The position numbers and the translations under genes were made by a program. The notes under the pieces were generated by a model. That model saw only the letters and a list, made by a program, of their open reading frames with translations, was not told the origin of the DNA and made no database searches. Shown here piece after piece: positions 60,444-64,000 of a stretch of 64,000 nucleotides of DNA; the first letter of the stretch is position 1, and every line of letters begins with the position of its first letter. The DNA is from Kiritimatiellia bacterium (GTDB lineage: Bacteria; Verrucomicrobiota; Kiritimatiellia; RFP12; UBA1067), in NCBI GenBank assembly GCA_017403825.1, contig JAFRDO010000065.1, positions 6,438 through 70,437 of the forward strand. Direction: 5' to 3'.

Positions 60444-62861
60444 TTACCTGATGATGACTTTCGTTCCCTTCACACAAACCATCTTCAGTTCATGCGAGCC
60501 AGGATAATACCTCACCATCCAATCGCCGGTAAGGTTGGTGGAGCTGAACTCGCCCGTGCAACCATGAGACAGCGTGGCGATCGTGTACTTCTTCGCCTCG
60601 TTCAGCTTCGAGGTGTCGTTTACCTGAAGCGTCATCTTCGAGAGGTCGAGCTGCGTCGGACAGCTGAAGCAGTCGCTCCCGCCCGTCTCATCCACGTCAA
60701 TCTCCAGCACGACATTGTCTGCGATGTTGATTCTGCCGTCGTCTGCGATGGTCAGCGTACCAAGCGAATCCGCACTCATGCCAGGAGCGATGGCGGAGGT
60801 CACTGACAGGACGGAACTGGACGAAAAGCCTCCAAACCTGCCGCTTCCCTCGATACGCGCGAAAGTCTGCGAGAAGGTGTTCATGCTGAAGCTCGCGTCG
60901 GCGTTGACACGTGCTGTGGTTGTCGAAGGAAGCGCCTCGCTCATACCGATGGAGACGGTACCCTGCATGACGGTGAGCGGCCCGTTGAAGGTGTGGCCCG
61001 ACCTCATGATTGCGAAGGTATGTCTCCCCCACTTCGTGAGACCACCGTCCGTCTCGCCAGCCGGGACACCGCTCTTGATACGCGGGTAGAACCACATCTG
61101 GAGGTCATTCGTGATGTTCATACCGCCCTTCAGCACATTGTAGGCGACATTGGTCTCGGTGGAGCCATTGTCGCCGCCGAAGGGGCAGTTGGCGAACTGA
61201 TTGCCTGGAACCTCCGGTTTGGCCCACTCAATCGCGCCGCCGTTAAAGTTGACGGTCGCCTTGTATTCCTGCTGAACGCCATGAATGTAGAGGCTGCCCT
61301 TGAGACGCACTACGCCACCCGTTTCGATGTTGAAGACGGACTTCGACGCATCGCTCCCCGCACCATTGCCGCCGATACGGACGTTCTGGAGGTAGAGGCG
61401 GCCGCCGTTCCGGACGGTTGTCGTGGCAGCGACGGAATTTGCATGGAGCATTTCATGGCCGTCGCAATCGACAAGCCCGCCATCGATGATCAACCTTCCG
61501 TTCTGCGTGATAATGCGGCTCCCCGCGACAGTCCTGAGTTCGGCGCCGCTTTTGACCGTCAAGGTACTGCCGTTGTGCAACGGCGAACCATTGTTCGTTC
61601 CAAATCCTTCGTCGCTGCTCTCATTAAGACCCTTCGTGCTGTAGAGAAGCGTCGTACCGCTGGCAAGGACGGTCGGTATGCCGACGGAGAGGCGGCTGAG
61701 GTGATTTGTACGGCCATTTCCAGGATCAAGCGTAACCGTGGCGGCACCACCCCAATGCCGCGTAAGCAGGAAACCATGCTCTAAGTTCTCACACGAAATC
61801 GTGCCCTTGATCGTCAACGGCGAGTTGTCCGCGTAAGTGCCGATTTGAGCCGCAATGCCATTGCCGATGCGGATATTGCGGTTCGAATTAACGGTGACGC
61901 CGCCATGTGCGATGAACATGGACGAGGTCGTATTGGACGGGCACTCGAAGAAGATGTTGTCCGTAGGCTCGGACGGAACCGCGCCAAGAGCCGAATCGCC
62001 ATCGATGCCAACGCCGCCGCCTGTACCCGCGATGTGCAGGCCGCCGCGAAAGGCGTTGGATGAGTGGTTCTGCATATAGATGTAGCTGCTGTGATCACCC
62101 GTAATAAGACCGCCGTCAGTAGGCAGATCTTCGTCCGTGCCGATCGGACCGGGCAGATAGGTCCAACCGCCGGGACGCTCCGCAATGTACATTCCGCCCG
62201 CGCCGACAACCAGCTTTGTATTGCCGAGATTGACCCTGTTCTGGTACGTATCATAGGTGTGGAGCAACGTTCCGCCGTTGAAATAGATCGTGGGCCTGTT
62301 GCTGTTGTTGAGGGCGTTCTTGTTGAACGTGGCCCTGAAAGTGCCGTTTGTGAGGACAACCAGCTTGCCTGCGTTGCTGCTGTCGTACGGCGAATAGTAC
62401 GCATCGAGATAGCCGCCGTCGCCGACGGTGAAAGTTCCGGTTCCCCCATACATGCGGAATCCATAAGAAGTGTCTGTGCAGATTACGGTATTGTAGATCG
62501 TGAGGTTGCCATTGTTCACGTCGATGACCCGCATCGTGACCGGTCCGCCGGAAAGCGTATGAACGCCGCCCATGTCGAACTCGAATCCTTCCACGCCCTC
62601 GGCCATGACCGTTATGTCCGTAGCACCGTTCGAGTCGAACTTCGGGTTGGAGCTGGAAGAGTTGTTGACCCATGCTTTCCGGTTGGCCGACGATGCGTCC
62701 GACGCCCAGTTCTCGGACACCATGTCCCAGTCGGGGTTCTCCGTCGTGCCGCGCCAGATGAAAGTCTCGGCGCTCGCACGGAGAGCCAAGGTCACACAAG
62801 CTATAACAACGACGGCTTTCATTACAGCAGCCATCTCTCCCAGTTGCTTCATCTTACTCAT
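60444..62861 (-). CDS. PATR-repeat large secreted protein; the C-terminus ends ...GSHELKMVCVKGTKVIIR
   Basis: ATG at 62861 lies 7 nt after AAGGAGG; the track start at 62867 is TTG. Signal peptide MSKMKQLGEMAAVMKAVVVIACVTLALRASA. The N-terminal 'WRGTTENPDWDMVSENW' motif is typical of the family. Confidence 0.7.
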   Translation of the reverse strand: MSKMKQLGEMAAVMKAVVVIACVTLALRASAETFIWRGTTENPDWDMVSENWASDASSANRKAWVNNSSSSNPKFDSNGATDITVMAEGVEGFEFDMGGVHTLSGGPVTMRVIDVNNGNLTIYNTVICTDTSYGFRMYGGTGTFTVGDGGYLDAYYSPYDSSNAGKLVVLTNGTFRATFNKNALNNSNRPTIYFNGGTLLHTYDTYQNRVNLGNTKLVVGAGGMYIAERPGGWTYLPGPIGTDEDLPTDGGLITGDHSSYIYMQNHSSNAFRGGLHIAGTGGGVGIDGDSALGAVPSEPTDNIFFECPSNTTSSMFIAHGGVTVNSNRNIRIGNGIAAQIGTYADNSPLTIKGTISCENLEHGFLLTRHWGGAATVTLDPGNGRTNHLSRLSVGIPTVLASGTTLLYSTKGLNESSDEGFGTNNGSPLHNGSTLTVKSGAELRTVAGSRIITQNGRLIIDGGLVDCDGHEMLHANSVAATTTVRNGGRLYLQNVRIGGNGAGSDASKSVFNIETGGVVRLKGSLYIHGVQQEYKATVNFNGGAIEWAKPEVPGNQFANCPFGGDNGSTETNVAYNVLKGGMNITNDLQMWFYPRIKSGVPAGETDGGLTKWGRHTFAIMRSGHTFNGPLTVMQGTVSIGMSEALPSTTTARVNADASFSMNTFSQTFARIEGSGRFGGFSSSSVLSVTSAIAPGMSADSLGTLTIADDGRINIADNVVLEIDVDETGGSDCFSCPTQLDLSKMTLQVNDTSKLNEAKKYTIATLSHGCTGEFSSTNLTGDWMVRYYPGSHELKMVCVKGTKVIIR

Positions 62862-63083
62862 CTTCAAGCCTCCTTGTTGCCGTTGTACGGCGAAACGCTT
62901 TTCCTAGTTGTGTGATAATAATATCATAAACTCATTCGCGTCCGCAACAGCTATATAGACAGGTGGAGCGTTGGACGCGATTCGGAACGTCGTTTCCGGA
63001 ACCGGCATTGCGGCGGTTGACTTCGGGCGCGATCTTTGGGATAATGCGCTGAAGTGAAACACCCTCAAGACCGGAGAAACGCC

Positions 63084-64000
63084 ATGAACGGGATGACAGG
63101 CGCCGCCGCGCTGGCGGCGGGCCTTCTGCTGGCGTCGCACGCCATGTGCGACGTGGTGATCGACAATGCGAAGTTCCGCCTCACCGTCGGCGACGACGCA
63201 TGCGTGAAGTCGCTGGTGCTGAAGTCGAACGGCGAGGAACTCGTCGACGCGACGGAGCGCATTCCGCTCTTCGCCACGACTCAGGAACGTCCCTTCAACA
63301 ACGAGATCAAGCTTGCCTGGCCGAACAAGCGCACCACGTGGCCGGCCAACCGCCTGCGCCGCGAAGGCGACACGCTCATAGCCGGCTTTGAGATCGTGCC
63401 TTACGAGGCGGTCGTGCGCGTAACCTGCGGCGACGGCTACGCTGTGCTGACGCTCGAGCGGTTCAACTGCGTCGCCGACCTCCAGTACGAGGGGCTGTAC
63501 ATGGATGTCCCGCCCGTGTCTGAGTTCCGCATCGCACAGCTGCCGGTCAGGAAAAGGGCCAATGTCGGAGACTGGCTCAACGTCGTATGGGACGAGCGCG
63601 GCGCGGCGGCGGTCGTCGGGGCCGACCCGTTCTCCGCCGTGGACCACGACCGCAGGCACGGCTTCGAGCTCCTCCACGCCAGCCTCCTCAAGGGAATTTC
63701 GCTCGTCGGAGGCAAGGCGGCGATCGTCGCAGGCGCGGGGCGCGACGACTTCCTCGCGTCCGTCGAGGCGATGGAACGCGACCTCGGCCTGCCACGAGGC
63801 GTAGAGAGCCGCCGCGACCCGAGGCTTAACGCATCGATATACTGGACTGACGACATAAACCCGTCGAACGTCGACAGCTACATCGCCATCGCGAAGAAGG
63901 GCGGGTTCCGCATGATGCTCATCTACTATCCGGCGATGACCAAGGCCCCGGGCGGTTACCGCCAGCTCGGAGACTACGACTGGAACGACGCGTACCCGAA
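63084..64000 (+). CDS. Secreted protein (partial; runs off the window end), function unknown
   Basis: GGAGA, then ATG at 63084. MNGMTGAAALAAGLLLASHAMC is a signal peptide. It is stop-free to position 64000 with high GC3. It is not in the ORF track because it has no in-window stop. The listed minus-strand ORF 62904..63677 is its shadow. Confidence 0.55.
   Translation, partial: MNGMTGAAALAAGLLLASHAMCDVVIDNAKFRLTVGDDACVKSLVLKSNGEELVDATERIPLFATTQERPFNNEIKLAWPNKRTTWPANRLRREGDTLIAGFEIVPYEAVVRVTCGDGYAVLTLERFNCVADLQYEGLYMDVPPVSEFRIAQLPVRKRANVGDWLNVVWDERGAAAVVGADPFSAVDHDRRHGFELLHASLLKGISLVGGKAAIVAGAGRDDFLASVEAMERDLGLPRGVESRRDPRLNASIYWTDDINPSNVDSYIAIAKKGGFRMMLIYYPAMTKAPGGYRQLGDYDWNDAYP

Overview
This is a high-GC (about 60%) bacterial chromosomal segment. 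The gene content suggests a PVC-group organism (Lentisphaerota, Kiritimatiellota or Verrucomicrobiota-like). Evidence: four large secreted proteins built from autotransporter-associated beta-strand (PATR) repeats, many Tat or Sec-secreted glycoside hydrolases, and SUMF1/FGE-domain proteins.

Layout, left to right:
(1) 1-10.2 kb: a partial C10-propeptide/I69-like gene, a streptopain-like C10 cysteine peptidase, a beta-helix lipoprotein, a SUMF1/FGE-domain protein, a small secreted peptide, and a GH106-like hydrolase.
(2) 10.4-13.1 kb: a HisKA_3 sensor kinase and a NarL/LuxR response regulator.
(3) 13.1-23.3 kb: a compositionally foreign segment (partly low-GC). It holds an ASCH-domain three-gene operon, then an ~8.4 kb module bracketed by an imperfect ~56 bp direct repeat. 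The module encodes a PLD-nuclease/SNF2-helicase fusion, a VapBC toxin-antitoxin pair, and a ~1130 aa Type IIG/PglX-like N6-adenine methyltransferase with a low-GC C-terminal (target-recognition) part. I read this as a candidate bipartite restriction-like or DISARM-like defence island.
(4) 23.5-27.9 kb: a GH78-like six-hairpin glycosidase and a triple alpha/beta-hydrolase esterase.
(5) 27.9-31.0 kb: tRNA-Ala(CGC) with its terminator, a 33-bp tandem-repeat array in the promoter of a DUF4143 AAA ATPase, then a T4-Pnk-like kinase, a Thg1-like 3'-5' nucleotidyltransferase, and a frameshifted metallophosphoesterase remnant. This looks like an RNA-repair cassette.
(6) 31-63 kb: a 32 kb block of 15 minus-strand genes. 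It contains two GH78 alpha-L-rhamnosidases, four PATR surface proteins, two paralogous Tat-secreted TIM-barrel hydrolases, two paralogous Tat metallophosphoesterases, a GH39-like/EEP fusion, an eliminase-class glycyl radical enzyme, a PFL-type activating enzyme carrying an apparent Tat signal, a ceramidase-like protein, and an SGNH-esterase multidomain protein.

Other observations: a ~16-residue C-terminal tail is shared by the four PATR proteins and a 67-aa secreted peptide, and there is a ~110 bp complex palindrome with 10-bp-phased CACGGAA repeats. No rRNA, CRISPR array, integrase or transposase was recognised. The supplied ORF track reports GTG/TTG starts as M, so several true starts were re-derived from ATG plus RBS.
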